A DNA stretch of 64,000 nt. Origin: Planctomycetota bacterium (GTDB lineage: Bacteria; Planctomycetota; PLA2; JAEUHO01). A program made the translations under genes and the position numbers. This document shows positions 9,520-19,616 of the stretch, piece after piece; position 1 is the first letter of the stretch, and every line of letters begins with the position of its first letter. A model generated the notes under the pieces. The model was not told where the DNA came from, did not search any database, and saw nothing but the letters and a program-made list of their open reading frames with translations. The stretch lies in contig CBDCTJ010000007.1 in NCBI GenBank assembly GCA_965222115.1, positions 1,376,001-1,440,000 on the forward strand, in the 5' to 3' direction.

Positions 9520-10608
9520 ATGCGCGAATCTCTTGCTGATGATATCAGCGAAGTGCGCGAATCTTCTCGCGAAAGCGCGATTGAATCTACAGTCGACTCA
9601 AAATCAAACGATACTGACGTCGACATCTTGGATCGTCCGCAGCAGCGAGATCGGTTCGAACTTTCGAACTACGAGGATGTTGATGAGTCGCCGTACTCTG
9701 GCAGCTCCATGCAACGATCCGGGGATCATTCGTCTAGATCTCAATGGTCCCCTAAAGATCTTAAAGAGGTCGATATTCTCGAGCATCAACAACTATCTAC
9801 CCAAAGGCTGTTGAGATATGGACGTTCCTCAGACGAGAACAGAGAGCGCATGTTGACTGACCTATGCCGCGCGGAGATGGGCAGTCGAACTTCCTATTCT
9901 TTGGGGCGTACTGCCCGATCTAGAGTGAAAGAAGAGTTCGATAGTTTCCGGGTTTCGAGCCGAACGCGCAGCAATAGCAACGCTGTGTGCGATGTGGTGG
10001 CAATTGCAGGCAGCGCACGCTTTTATGCTCGTGTAGAGAGTTCGCGTCTAAATGACGGGACCCGAGCAGAACTCGGGTGCTTCGCCGTTGAAGATTTCGG
10101 AAATCGGACTCCTGAAGTCAGCCCGAGGGATAAGTTCTCAGGAGGAATTGGATGCAATGCCCCGACGAATGACAAGCATTCAAGCAGGTTGGTGCCCTCG
10201 GCCTCCACGACTATCCGAAGCACGCCAATGTCGCATGGCAAAAAAATCGCAGCGGCCGGAGCGAAGGCCACCACTAAGGAGATATCTGCTCTTACGCTCG
10301 ATGAGTTAGTATCCAGGACTCCTAAGAGCGCTCGTAGCTTTCGGCGTATCGGCGGTCCGATCAACACCGTACTTGACTCGCATGAGATAGTATCTGATGT
10401 CGTTGACGCAGTAAATCTATGGGAGACTGATCACCGTCAAGCCGAGCGTAAGCTGGGTCGCGCAGCCTATAGAACGACTGCTCTGTCAATAACACTTGGG
10501 CTTGGATGGGCGCTCTCTGGAGTTAGTTTCGGAGCGTCACTCTTAGTTGCGGGTGGGGTAGCGGCACTTCTTGGAGTAGGTGAGGAAGCCGTTTTTGGTA
10601 GCGATTGA
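9520..10608 (+). CDS. Hypothetical protein with C-terminal Gly-rich hydrophobic hairpin
   Basis: AAGGAGG RBS; Ser/Arg/Asp-rich N-terminus; C-terminal [30 protein letters not shown]. Confidence 0.6.
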   Translation: MRESLADDISEVRESSRESAIESTVDSKSNDTDVDILDRPQQRDRFELSNYEDVDESPYSGSSMQRSGDHSSRSQWSPKDLKEVDILEHQQLSTQRLLRYGRSSDENRERMLTDLCRAEMGSRTSYSLGRTARSRVKEEFDSFRVSSRTRSNSNAVCDVVAIAGSARFYARVESSRLNDGTRAELGCFAVEDFGNRTPEVSPRDKFSGGIGCNAPTNDKHSSRLVPSASTTIRSTPMSHGKKIAAAGAKATTKEISALTLDELVSRTPKSARSFRRIGGPINTVLDSHEIVSDVVDAVNLWETDHRQAERKLGRAAYRTTALSITLGLGWALSGVSFGASLLVAGGVAALLGVGEEAVFGSD

Positions 10609-10757
10609 TGCATGATCCAGGCCTTCCAGCGTTCCTAGGTCAACTCCAATTGATCGAATTTCTATCCGTACGATCTGATCTGCGCTTGAGCTACGCTTGC
10701 AATCTTAATATGCTCATCTAGAAATAAATCTCTAAGAGGTCTAATCGGGAGCGGAAT

Positions 10758-12059
10758 ATGACCAGAAAGTCGGTAGGTATCGTCCGAGAGCTTAGAGTTG
10801 ATCCGTGGCGATCATCAGACGTTGCGTTCATTCGCTCCGGTCTCTTGGCATCAGCTTCAAAACAATTGGGAGATGACGTTCCTGCTGTAGTGCCGTGGGT
10901 TATGCCCGATACGTGGAGACACGACGATGGATTAGATTCTTCCAAGATTGCTTCCGTTTTGGGATCCATGGCGCTAGCTCAGTTAGTGAACCATCGTGAA
11001 TCTGCAGCTGTAGATCGAGCCCGAGCGGCGTGCTACTCACATTGGCTACGGATGGGCAGTATCGCAGGGCAGATACAGAACGCCGAGATTGAAGCATATG
11101 TGTCCGAAAAGTCTTTAGAGCCACTCGTAGAGAACAGGACCAAGAAACGCACACGAGCATCGTGGATATCTCGGTTGGCTGAGTACGCAATAGAACGCGC
11201 TAGGTGGGTTGTGAAAGCGAATGAAGACAGAGCTCGCGCGGACCACGCACTGCACGGTAAGAACAAGCCAGCCAAGCACGGCTACCTGAACGTTCAGGGC
11301 GTGCATGGGTATAGTCACGGCCAGTCATCGGGACTTGGGGAAGTATTCGCGGCAGTAAAGTCAACCGTGAGTGAGTCTCAGGACAAAACGCGAAATGGCG
11401 AGGTAGTTACTACTCATCCAGTGCGATGGGAGACTCCGGGCGGATGGAAAGATTGCGATGGTCGACGGCCACGATCCGAAAGCTCTGATCGACGATCTGT
11501 GCTGCCGACTTATCCCAAACTTGACGCTTCAATTGACGGTCTGGAGACGGCCCTGCGCGCTGCGCTGGAAGCGAAGGAGGCTACCATTGCCGCCGCCCGA
11601 GCGCCCAATACTCAGGCATTGATTGACAACGCGGAACGGATTCTGAGCCTGGAGCTGAAGGGTCATATAGCGACACTGATGGATTGTTTCGCGTTTCCTC
11701 CATTCCGAGGACGAGTGACAGCCGTATACAAGGAAGTCGGGGAGTTTGTGCGCGCTGGTGAGCCTGTTTACAGAATTGACTCTGTTGAGCATCCGTCAGA
11801 TGATCGTAAAGAAAAGTTCTTCGCCGTAGGTTCGATTGTCCAACGAAACATGATCCAAGTCGGTCGTGCGTTTAACCTTCACGTAAAGGACTTATACGGG
11901 ACCGACACCTGGGAGTTCCCAGGCGTAGTCCGTGGGATTCGCGGCGCTTCTGCTGAAGATGACATTTGGGACGTCGTGCTTGAATTGGAGGCGCCTAAGG
12001 GAAAGATGTCTGCGGGAACGGTGCTCGTAGGTCCTGATGCGCACATAAAATTCGCGTAG
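10758..12059 (+). CDS. HlyD/membrane-fusion-like protein (barrel-sandwich hybrid motif)
   Basis: Coiled-coil-like segment followed by PPFRGRVTAVYKEVGEFVRAGEPVYRI and a beta-barrel-like C-terminus. Confidence 0.6.
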   Translation: MTRKSVGIVRELRVDPWRSSDVAFIRSGLLASASKQLGDDVPAVVPWVMPDTWRHDDGLDSSKIASVLGSMALAQLVNHRESAAVDRARAACYSHWLRMGSIAGQIQNAEIEAYVSEKSLEPLVENRTKKRTRASWISRLAEYAIERARWVVKANEDRARADHALHGKNKPAKHGYLNVQGVHGYSHGQSSGLGEVFAAVKSTVSESQDKTRNGEVVTTHPVRWETPGGWKDCDGRRPRSESSDRRSVLPTYPKLDASIDGLETALRAALEAKEATIAAARAPNTQALIDNAERILSLELKGHIATLMDCFAFPPFRGRVTAVYKEVGEFVRAGEPVYRIDSVEHPSDDRKEKFFAVGSIVQRNMIQVGRAFNLHVKDLYGTDTWEFPGVVRGIRGASAEDDIWDVVLELEAPKGKMSAGTVLVGPDAHIKFA

Positions 12060-12230
12060 CGCACTGATCCGCGGAATTCGGATATGCCCATGAGACCCAA
12101 GTCGATAGGTTGAGACTCCGGCATGACCACCTGAAGTACTTGGCAGCGAACAAGCTTAGACGTATACCTGAGTCGGCCGTTGGTTAGTGCCGCTGCCATT
12201 CTTTCTAAAACCATTGGCGAGCCCCATCTG

Positions 12231-12924
12231 ATGAGAACGAGACTGATCTTCTGCTGGACCGTGATTGCCACGATCGTATTGATTGGTGTGGGAATGATTA
12301 TCTATGGTTGTCAATATGCTAAGAGCGAAGTCAGTCAAGTACGCCAAGAGGTGTTTAAGGCTGGTCTCCAGTTGATAACCGTCTTTTGTCTAGGCGGTGG
12401 TGCTGCGGCCGCATTCCCGGCTTATCGAATCGAATCGCTCCGAGAGGAATCGGATTGCTGTGCGCCGACTGGGGGCGCATCAATCCATAGTAAATTCTTA
12501 TAACCGATTGAAATCGGTGCGACGCACGCTACGGGCATGCGGTTTGGTAGGCATCGCGGCGGGCCCGACAACGCTTGGTGCGTCACAGGCATTAAGAATC
12601 ATTCAACAGATGAGTGAACTTAATGACGTACAACTAGACCTAGAGGAGTCGGTCCAGAGCATAAACGCACAGAGTAAGTTGTTTCCTGACTGCGGAAGAC
12701 TGCTAAGAGAGTTGATCGAGATGGAAGGCTACGTAAATGACTCGCTAGAAGAGTGGGAAGCTCACGGATCAAGCGCAATGGCGGACAAGCCGAGTTTTCC
12801 TACGGAGAAAATGCCGAAATTGCTAGCGTTTCTTGGTTCATGCGATGAGGGTTTTAGAGAGGGTGCATCAGTTCCGATGCAGCGAATATCGGCCTATTTT
12901 CGCGAAGTCATCGGGACTACATGA
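12231..12924 (+). pseudogene. Frameshifted two-TM hypothetical protein
   Basis: ORF 12231-12503 (two TM helices) overlaps ORF 12397-12924 in another frame; they join plausibly at gcattcccgg (~12411-12420) as ...GGGAAAAF/RLIESNRSER... Confidence 0.6.
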
Positions 12925-12980
12925 GAATGTGCCCATTACCCTGACAAGAGTAAGACTAGAGCTACGTCCTGCTGGTACAT

Positions 12981-13035
12981 GCGAGTAGCCAGATGTGCCT
13001 TTGTCGGGCGGTAACTCGCTCCGAGTAAGTGCCTC
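12981..13035 (-). repeat. Right arm of imperfect inverted repeat
   Basis: Reverse complement matches 5850-5904 at 45/55 nt; further weaker match of 13232-13310 to 5735-5815. Confidence 0.85.
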
Positions 13036-13409
13036 TTGGCGCTTCGTCCTCTAAGAAACCCCGCGAGACGGGTCGTCTCTAAGTCAGCTCTCGCTTGAAT
13101 TTCGAGCCGTTGGACACAACGCGTATTAATTCGCACATGCTGCAACCGCGGGAGGCTCTCCCTGGGAGCCGTGGCTCGCTGTAGCGCTCCTCCTGTTGGA
13201 TCTTGGCGAAAAGGTCTCAGGTCCTATTGAACTGGCAGAGTCGGTGTAGCCCTCAACGACTTCTTGTCCAGTCGGCACTAGAAAATGGGTATTGAAGGCC
13301 TGCCTCTCCAAACGAGCAAGTAGTTCTGATCCTAAAGTGCTTGTGAATTCGCCTCTTCATGAACGCGGCCCTCCCTGAGTATTCGCTACAGGCCTTTGGT
13401 CAACGGCCT

Positions 13410-15275
13410 CTAACTCCGCTTCGGCACCAACGTAACAAAGTGGGCGACAGCGCCTGGGCGCACACCTTCAATCGTCTGCGAACGATAGCCCTCTTTGCTG
13501 AGGCGGATCGTCATGGGCCTGTCGGCGAGGTCGCGGGAGACGAACCAGCCCATGGTGTCGGTGGAGCTGCGGGGTTCGTCGCCGAAGAGGGAGTCGCCGG
13601 TGCTTGCGGGCTTGAGGAGTACGGGGCGACCGCCTTCGGAACGTGAGACGTCGATGTTTACGCCAGCAAGCGGAACGCCGTAAGGATCGTTCACGGCCAC
13701 GTGCAAGGGATAGCCGCGCAACAACGTGACGGACATTGGCGTCTTCGAGGATCGATCGGCGGCTTCGAGGGCCATGGCGTAACCGGGAGCGCGAATTTCA
13801 ACTTCGGCAGGGCCGGTTGGGAGCGACGTCCATGATGCTTGACCGCGATCGTTGGTGAGTGAACGGACGGTAATGCGTTCACCTCGATGGGAGATGTGGA
13901 CGGTGACATGTGCGCGCGCAACGGGCTGGCCCATGCGAGAGGCGACGTGTACGGCGAAGGGCTTGTCTCGCTTGAGTGTTATGCGCTGCGCGTCTTCAAA
14001 CGAGTCGACATTCACACGCATGGGTGAGTGGTCGCCGGATTGAACGAACACGGAATTGCGACCATTGCCCGAGATCGGCACGACCGCTTCGCCCTTGGCA
14101 TTGCTCTTCGCAGTGTTTCGCAACGGCCTAAGGCCAGCTTCTGCCGCTTGGCTGTGAATGTTCACCGTGACTGTGGCGCCGGCAATCGGTTTCCCATCTG
14201 CGTCTGAGACAACGACATGCGCGTCTCGTGGTTTGGGGACCACGACCTTGGCAGGCAACGTCTCGATAGACTGCTCAAACGTATAGGACGAGCCATCTTT
14301 GCGAGTCATCCGCGCGCGAAGCATGGTGTTGACGTTGCCGCTTGGGAGGTCACCAAGAACGCGATCTACTTTGTCGCCCGACCCGCGCACAACCACGCGC
14401 CATGGTCCCTTCCGTTCTTGGGTGGCGATTTCCCAGGTGAGCGTTCCCGTATCAGCGCTCGTGTCAAAGATGACGGGTGCCACGTCGGACCGTGGCAGTC
14501 GTACGACAAGTGTTTCGGGAACGCGCAGCGTCATCATGCGCGTAATGACGCGCGCGGCATCGGCGGCGGCTTCCGTAGGTGGTCCAACTCGTATACGAAC
14601 CAAGTCGTTTCGGGCCGGAACCACCAATGTGCCGTCCTCACCCGTCTTTCCCGCGAGTTTGAATGTACGATTCGCAGTGAGCGCAGCGTCAATCGCAATC
14701 GGCACGCCGGCAATTGTGTCGCCCGATGCGGCATCGACAACGCGTACGGTGCGGGCCTGTGGACGACGGGTCATTCCCGCCGGTGTTGGAGGTAAGCGAA
14801 ACGACAAACGATGCACAGGAATCTGACCGACCTGTCCGTGGCGTAGAAACTGTCCCTTCTTACGAATGCCCAGTCCGCCAATCAGTGACTTCAATCGCGC
14901 GCGGCCCTTTGTGTCGGGCGTGTGCGAAGGCGTGCTATGACTGCCGGGGCTCACCTGCCAGTCCGTACCCATGTCGCCCTTTGCTGTAAGCACTTCTACT
15001 TCTACACCTTCAGGTGGCGGCATGGTGGACGGGGGATCCTTGGGTGTGTCGGCCTCGGTGGGATCACGTTCCGGCGGCGTGTTGCGCTCGGGCGCATCGG
15101 TATGGGGGGTGTTGGTTTGCTCCTGCTTGGTTTTCAGGAACCCACTGCCGCCGCCCCCGGACCACACGCCGGGCAACCACTGGTTGAGCTGAAGGAGAAA
15201 GAACAACAGCACCAATGCCATGAGGAAGAACAGCGTGCGGCGTACACGCATCCGCGGACGTTTCGTATTACCCAT
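13410..15275 (-). CDS. Membrane-anchored carboxypeptidase regulatory-like (beta-sandwich repeat) protein
   Basis: N-terminal TM; repeated V-x-D-x-x-G-x-P/T-I-A-G-x-x-V modules, TNDRG, APGY, KEGY. Confidence 0.75.
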   Translation of the reverse strand: MGNTKRPRMRVRRTLFFLMALVLLFFLLQLNQWLPGVWSGGGGSGFLKTKQEQTNTPHTDAPERNTPPERDPTEADTPKDPPSTMPPPEGVEVEVLTAKGDMGTDWQVSPGSHSTPSHTPDTKGRARLKSLIGGLGIRKKGQFLRHGQVGQIPVHRLSFRLPPTPAGMTRRPQARTVRVVDAASGDTIAGVPIAIDAALTANRTFKLAGKTGEDGTLVVPARNDLVRIRVGPPTEAAADAARVITRMMTLRVPETLVVRLPRSDVAPVIFDTSADTGTLTWEIATQERKGPWRVVVRGSGDKVDRVLGDLPSGNVNTMLRARMTRKDGSSYTFEQSIETLPAKVVVPKPRDAHVVVSDADGKPIAGATVTVNIHSQAAEAGLRPLRNTAKSNAKGEAVVPISGNGRNSVFVQSGDHSPMRVNVDSFEDAQRITLKRDKPFAVHVASRMGQPVARAHVTVHISHRGERITVRSLTNDRGQASWTSLPTGPAEVEIRAPGYAMALEAADRSSKTPMSVTLLRGYPLHVAVNDPYGVPLAGVNIDVSRSEGGRPVLLKPASTGDSLFGDEPRSSTDTMGWFVSRDLADRPMTIRLSKEGYRSQTIEGVRPGAVAHFVTLVPKRS

Positions 15276-15384
15276 TTCCCCAAGGTAGCAGGTGTCAAGC
15301 TGCCGCGGCTCTCAGTACGCGGACTCGCCGCAACTGACAGGCGAAGTCGACGATCTCTGCGCGGGCGAGCGGTCCGAGGGCTTG

Positions 15385-17055
15385 TTACGCACCTGCCATG
15401 AAGAGGTTTGCCCAGCGTGTGTCGGCGAATTCTTCGCGCGAGGTGCGCAGGACGGCGCGATACACCGGGCTGCCGGAGTTGAGGAACGAGAGTTCCTGAA
15501 TCATCTCAATGGCGTGGAGTCCGCGAGTGGCCTCGATGGCTTGCGGCTGGCCACGCATGGCCTTGCGAACCTCGGCGAGCTTACTGCGTGCGTCTTCAAG
15601 TCGGCCCCGGCGCATCAGGGTGTAGGCGCCGCGAAGTCCGTCTTCCGCCCAGTTGTGGGCGCGACGGGCAACCGACTGCACGCGCACATTACCTGGTTGC
15701 TCGCGACCAATGGAGGCCACTTCCCCCCAGTCGCCGCGACGCGCGGCTTGCTTTGCACGTGCATGGGGCGTGGTACCGCGAGCAGTTGCAACGACCGACG
15801 TGCGAGAACGCTTATCGCGCGCACCGACAGTTGGGCGCGCCGCGCGATTTGCGCGGACAAACACGGGCGTGGGAATGGCCGAGTCGTTCAACTGGCCATC
15901 GGGATCGCCTCGAAGCGACGAACGCAAGGGCCGATTCGTCGAAGCCATAGAACCGTTGGGCAGGAATGACTCAACACGACGAACGGTGGGCGGCGGCAAT
16001 GTGCCGGCGCGCCTCACGCGGTCGACCGAGCGCGACGCGACGCGTCGGTTTGAGGAGGTTCGACGAGCCTCTCTGCGGGGTACCGTTGGGAGTGTGCGAG
16101 CCACGCGGTTGCTTGTCCATCCTGCCGGCGGTGCAGCGTCGTCATTGGATGGCGGTGCAATAGACACAACCGCGCGCGGGCGATAGGGAACGGCCGTCTT
16201 CCCAAACCCATGGGATTCCGTTCGCGGCGCGACGGGGATCGTGCGACCGGAGAGCATATTGCTTGGCAGATCACTCAACGGCGCTGTGGCTGTATTGTCT
16301 CTAATCGACTGGTTGATGAGCGACTCGTTTGAATGCGTGGTGGACGCCCCCGAACCGGGGACTGCACAAGCGCCGCCTACTCAGCCAAATTCAATGGTGG
16401 ACGGCGCAACGAAATCGCGGCGCGACCGTCCCCAAGTTCCCACGGTAGGCATGCCCGCACTGGACGACCCCGAAAAGCGCTGTCGTTGGGTATTCGGCGT
16501 GTGCGCGCGCGACGTCTTAAGGTGTAATTGTTCAGCAGCGTTCAAGTGCCTACGGAATTGATCGAGCGATGTCTTTCCGCTCCAGCCCTGAATCCAACGA
16601 CCGTCGGCGGTAAGAAATGCGCACCACGGATAGAACTTTCGGTTGGAAAGATTCGCATCGAAGAGTGCGCGCAACGATTCATCCATGGACTTTGGATCGA
16701 CGGCCAAGCCAATCGACACCTGGGACACGCGATGTTTCACGCTCGGATGTGGCAATACCTTCTTGCAGAGCAACTTGCAGTACGTGCAGCGCTTGCTGCC
16801 GACTTCGACAAAGATCAGGCGATTGCTGCGCGTAGCTTGCGCAATAGCGGAAGCGAACTGTGTTTCCCAGTGGAGCGTGCCACCGTCATTGAAGTAGGGG
16901 TGACGTGCGGCTTCTGCGTTGTTGCCGAAGGTGCTCATTAGCGTCAATGTGCCCAAGAGCAGTGTCCACAGTCGAATGCTCCTTAGCGCATGACGCGTAG
17001 ACGCACGATGTTCTCGCGCCGCGTGTGGCCTATTGCTGTGTGATCGCTGGCCCAT
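15385..17055 (-). CDS. Secreted thioredoxin-fold protein with in-frame TGA (candidate selenocysteine, codon 225) and helical C-terminal domain
   Basis: ORFs 16381-17178 and 15385-16278 share a frame and are separated only by TGA at 16381-16383; signal peptide, CTYC, then FG-U-VGGAC; C-terminal domain aligns with paralogue 17402-19504. Start codon uncertain. Confidence 0.7.
16335..16380 (-). promoter_or_regulatory. SECIS-like stem-loop 3' of the in-frame UGA
   Basis: mRNA UGA-GUAGGCG-GCG-CUU-GUG-CA-GUCCCC-[GGUUC]-GGGGGC-GUC-CAC-CA-CGC; apical loop starts with G, 24 nt after UGA. Confidence 0.55.
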
Positions 17056-17401
17056 CAACCCTCCGATTCCCAGTCTCGCGCGCGCCCTGCGAGTTCGCTG
17101 GACACCTGCGCGAGACAACAAGTACGCGTGGCGGCGGTTCTTGCGTCCACCACGTCGTTGGACGACGACGAAGCGCACACCCTGACGGACATGGCCCGAG
17201 CTGGACCTTGCCCGACATCGGAGATCGCGCTTCGCCTCCTATTCGTCGCACTCGGACGGGATAAATCGGTTCTTGATAGTTCGTACGTAAAAAATCCTAA
17301 ATATGTACAATTCCGGTACATACGACCGCTATGGGCGACGGATCGAGCCCTCCAAAATCGAAGTGTGAAGGGCTTTGTCGGTTCCTTGATTTTCTACGCT
17401 G

Positions 17402-19504
17402 CTAGCGCTGGAAGAGCGAACTCCAGTAGGAGTTGCCCAGGTCGCGGCGGGCGCGGCTCAGGTAGAGACGCTGCTCACTCGTGGTGCGGGCGGCCTCGAT
17501 GCGCTCGGCGTTGTGGATCGCGATGGCGCCCTTTGCCGCCTCTCGCGCGGCAGCCGTGTGGGGCATGCGGCGGCGCACGCGCTGGAGGTCGTCCCTGGCC
17601 CGGTCGTAGCGACCCTTGCGAATGTCCTCGAGCGCGCCCTGCAACATTTCGTGTGCCCAGGCATCGGCGCGGGAGGACGTGCGTCGCACGGTACCCGGCT
17701 CCGCGTCGGGAGCAGGCGCGTTGGGAGGCAATACTTCCGGAGAGAGTTCCACGGGCGCTTCAACCGGGACGGCGTTGCCATAAGGATGTGTCACACCCGG
17801 CACCTCGGGAAGCGGTGGGGGCGCAATGCCCCCAGAGTATTGGTCGCCCGAATTCTGAGATGCGATCGGCGCCGGCGTTGTTGCGTGAGGCGTCTGGCCC
17901 TCTGATGTTGAATGGCTCTGTGAAGACGATGCAAACACACCGCGCGGCTCGACTTTACGTTCTGGTGTTGCCTCGGGTGCTCGAGCAACGTGACGCGGAT
18001 CTTGCCCCGGCCAAACGTCCTTCGGGTTGTTCCATTCGGTCTCACCGAACTCATTGACGACCGCCTCCGCACCTTCTCGGAACGCAGCTTCCGCTTCGGC
18101 GGCACGCGCGGCTGCATTGGATGCGACGGCTTCACGCTGTTCGCGTTCGGAATCCCTGCGTTCGGAATTAACGTCGGCATACGTTGCGGGGGGCGGAAGC
18201 ATGGGATCACCGGCGGTTGCGGTTGCCGTGTCACCCGGTTGCGCAGGTGTGCCGGCGTACGAACGCGTAGTGGGCACGCGCTGGATGTCACTGCGGAACT
18301 GATCCGGCGTGCGCTTGCCTGAGAAGCCGTGTACCCACTGCATGTCGGCGGTTAGGAAGCCAACAAGTGGCATGAACTTCGCCGTGGGCAAGTTGTCGCG
18401 AAGGATGTTGTCTACGGCGACAACTTCCGGCGAAAGAATCTCGTTGATGTAACCCACCGCAACGAAACGAAGTTCATTCTCGGTCTGTGGCACGGTGGTT
18501 TCTTTGAAGTAATCGCAAATCTTGCAATCGGGCTTGGTGGACAACACAAGAATGTGGCGCCCGCTTTGACGTGCGGCCGCTTGTGCTTCACTCCAACGGT
18601 AATACCAGCGGAATGGTTCGGGGGTGGGTTGCGCTTGGGGAGTAGGCGCTGGCGTATTTACAGCTACAGGTGGTGTGTAGGCTGGCGGTTGCGCTTGTGC
18701 AGAGAGAGTAGGCGGAGCAACAGGTGCAGCATTCGGTGTGGGTGTTGCTGTCATGGCAGGAGGTGCTGGGGGCATGGGCGCTACGGGATTTGGCGTTGCG
18801 GCACGTGGTGCCGGCGTTGTGTAACCCGGAGGCGGTTGCGCGGGGTACGTGTGGGGTGCAGCCGCTGAAGTAGGACCTGCTCCGTAATAGGGTGACGATG
18901 CAGATGGATACGTCGTTGTGGGTTGCGCAGGAGCGGGCGTGTACGAAGGTGCCGGAGCCGATGCCACGGGCGCCGGTGTTGTGCCTGCATACGTTGTTAC
19001 GGCACCTGCATGGGGCGTTGGCGTGGAAACCGTTGCGCCTTGGTACGTTCCGTTTGGATATACATAGGTAGGTGCGGATGCTTGCGGATAGGTGTACGTC
19101 GTATGCGGTGCAACGGTTCCTTGCGGATAGGCATAGGTGGTTACAGGACGTGCAGCGTGTGTGTAGGTTGCAGGTGGCGCCGCATACGTGGTGTGAGGAA
19201 CGGCTGCTTGGGGATACGTATACGTCGGATACGTATACGTGGGTGCTTGCACTTGTGCGGCATATCGTTGTGGCGTCTGAGGCGTTGCCTGCGCAACGGT
19301 TCGGCGTACGGCTTTGCGGCCCGCCTTGGCCGACGTCCCGGCGCTGGGTCCGTAGTTCGGGACAGCGACCGGATCGGGCTCGTCCTTGGACGAACTACAC
19401 GCTACCAACCCCAGTGAGAGCGTCGCAATGAGCGCGAGCATGCTGGGGGCCCTCTTGCAGGCGGAACTGCGCAGGGCAGCGGTCAAAACGCGAGACAGTC
19501 GCAT
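17402..19504 (-). CDS. Lipoprotein: Pro/Thr/Tyr low-complexity region + thioredoxin-fold domain + helical C-terminal domain
   Basis: Lipobox LVAC; TYTYP-type repeats; WYYRWSEAQAAARQSGRHILV..CKIC; GGAGGA RBS. Confidence 0.8.
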   Translation of the reverse strand: MRLSRVLTAALRSSACKRAPSMLALIATLSLGLVACSSSKDEPDPVAVPNYGPSAGTSAKAGRKAVRRTVAQATPQTPQRYAAQVQAPTYTYPTYTYPQAAVPHTTYAAPPATYTHAARPVTTYAYPQGTVAPHTTYTYPQASAPTYVYPNGTYQGATVSTPTPHAGAVTTYAGTTPAPVASAPAPSYTPAPAQPTTTYPSASSPYYGAGPTSAAAPHTYPAQPPPGYTTPAPRAATPNPVAPMPPAPPAMTATPTPNAAPVAPPTLSAQAQPPAYTPPVAVNTPAPTPQAQPTPEPFRWYYRWSEAQAAARQSGRHILVLSTKPDCKICDYFKETTVPQTENELRFVAVGYINEILSPEVVAVDNILRDNLPTAKFMPLVGFLTADMQWVHGFSGKRTPDQFRSDIQRVPTTRSYAGTPAQPGDTATATAGDPMLPPPATYADVNSERRDSEREQREAVASNAAARAAEAEAAFREGAEAVVNEFGETEWNNPKDVWPGQDPRHVARAPEATPERKVEPRGVFASSSQSHSTSEGQTPHATTPAPIASQNSGDQYSGGIAPPPLPEVPGVTHPYGNAVPVEAPVELSPEVLPPNAPAPDAEPGTVRRTSSRADAWAHEMLQGALEDIRKGRYDRARDDLQRVRRRMPHTAAAREAAKGAIAIHNAERIEAARTTSEQRLYLSRARRDLGNSYWSSLFQR

Positions 19505-19616
19505 CGGAAATCCTCCCGGAGCTATTAGCGAACCTGTGTTAGGCGCCTACTCCCTTTGATCGCCGAGCGTAAGGCTCAACTTTCGCTTATCAAAGAGCCA
19601 CGTTTGCATGAAAGTG

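Larger units (their letters stand above)
5735..13310. other. Accessory island of lower GC/atypical codon usage between asnB and the carboxypeptidase-like gene; no integrase or transposase seen
   Basis: Visibly more A/T-rich (frequent CTA/TTA/AGA codons), orphan ORFs and pseudogenes, bounded by diverged inverted repeats. Confidence 0.75.

Noticed and set aside
17128-18057. 309-aa plus-strand ORF
   Set aside because: Overlaps real minus-strand genes; Arg/Pro-rich off-frame composition
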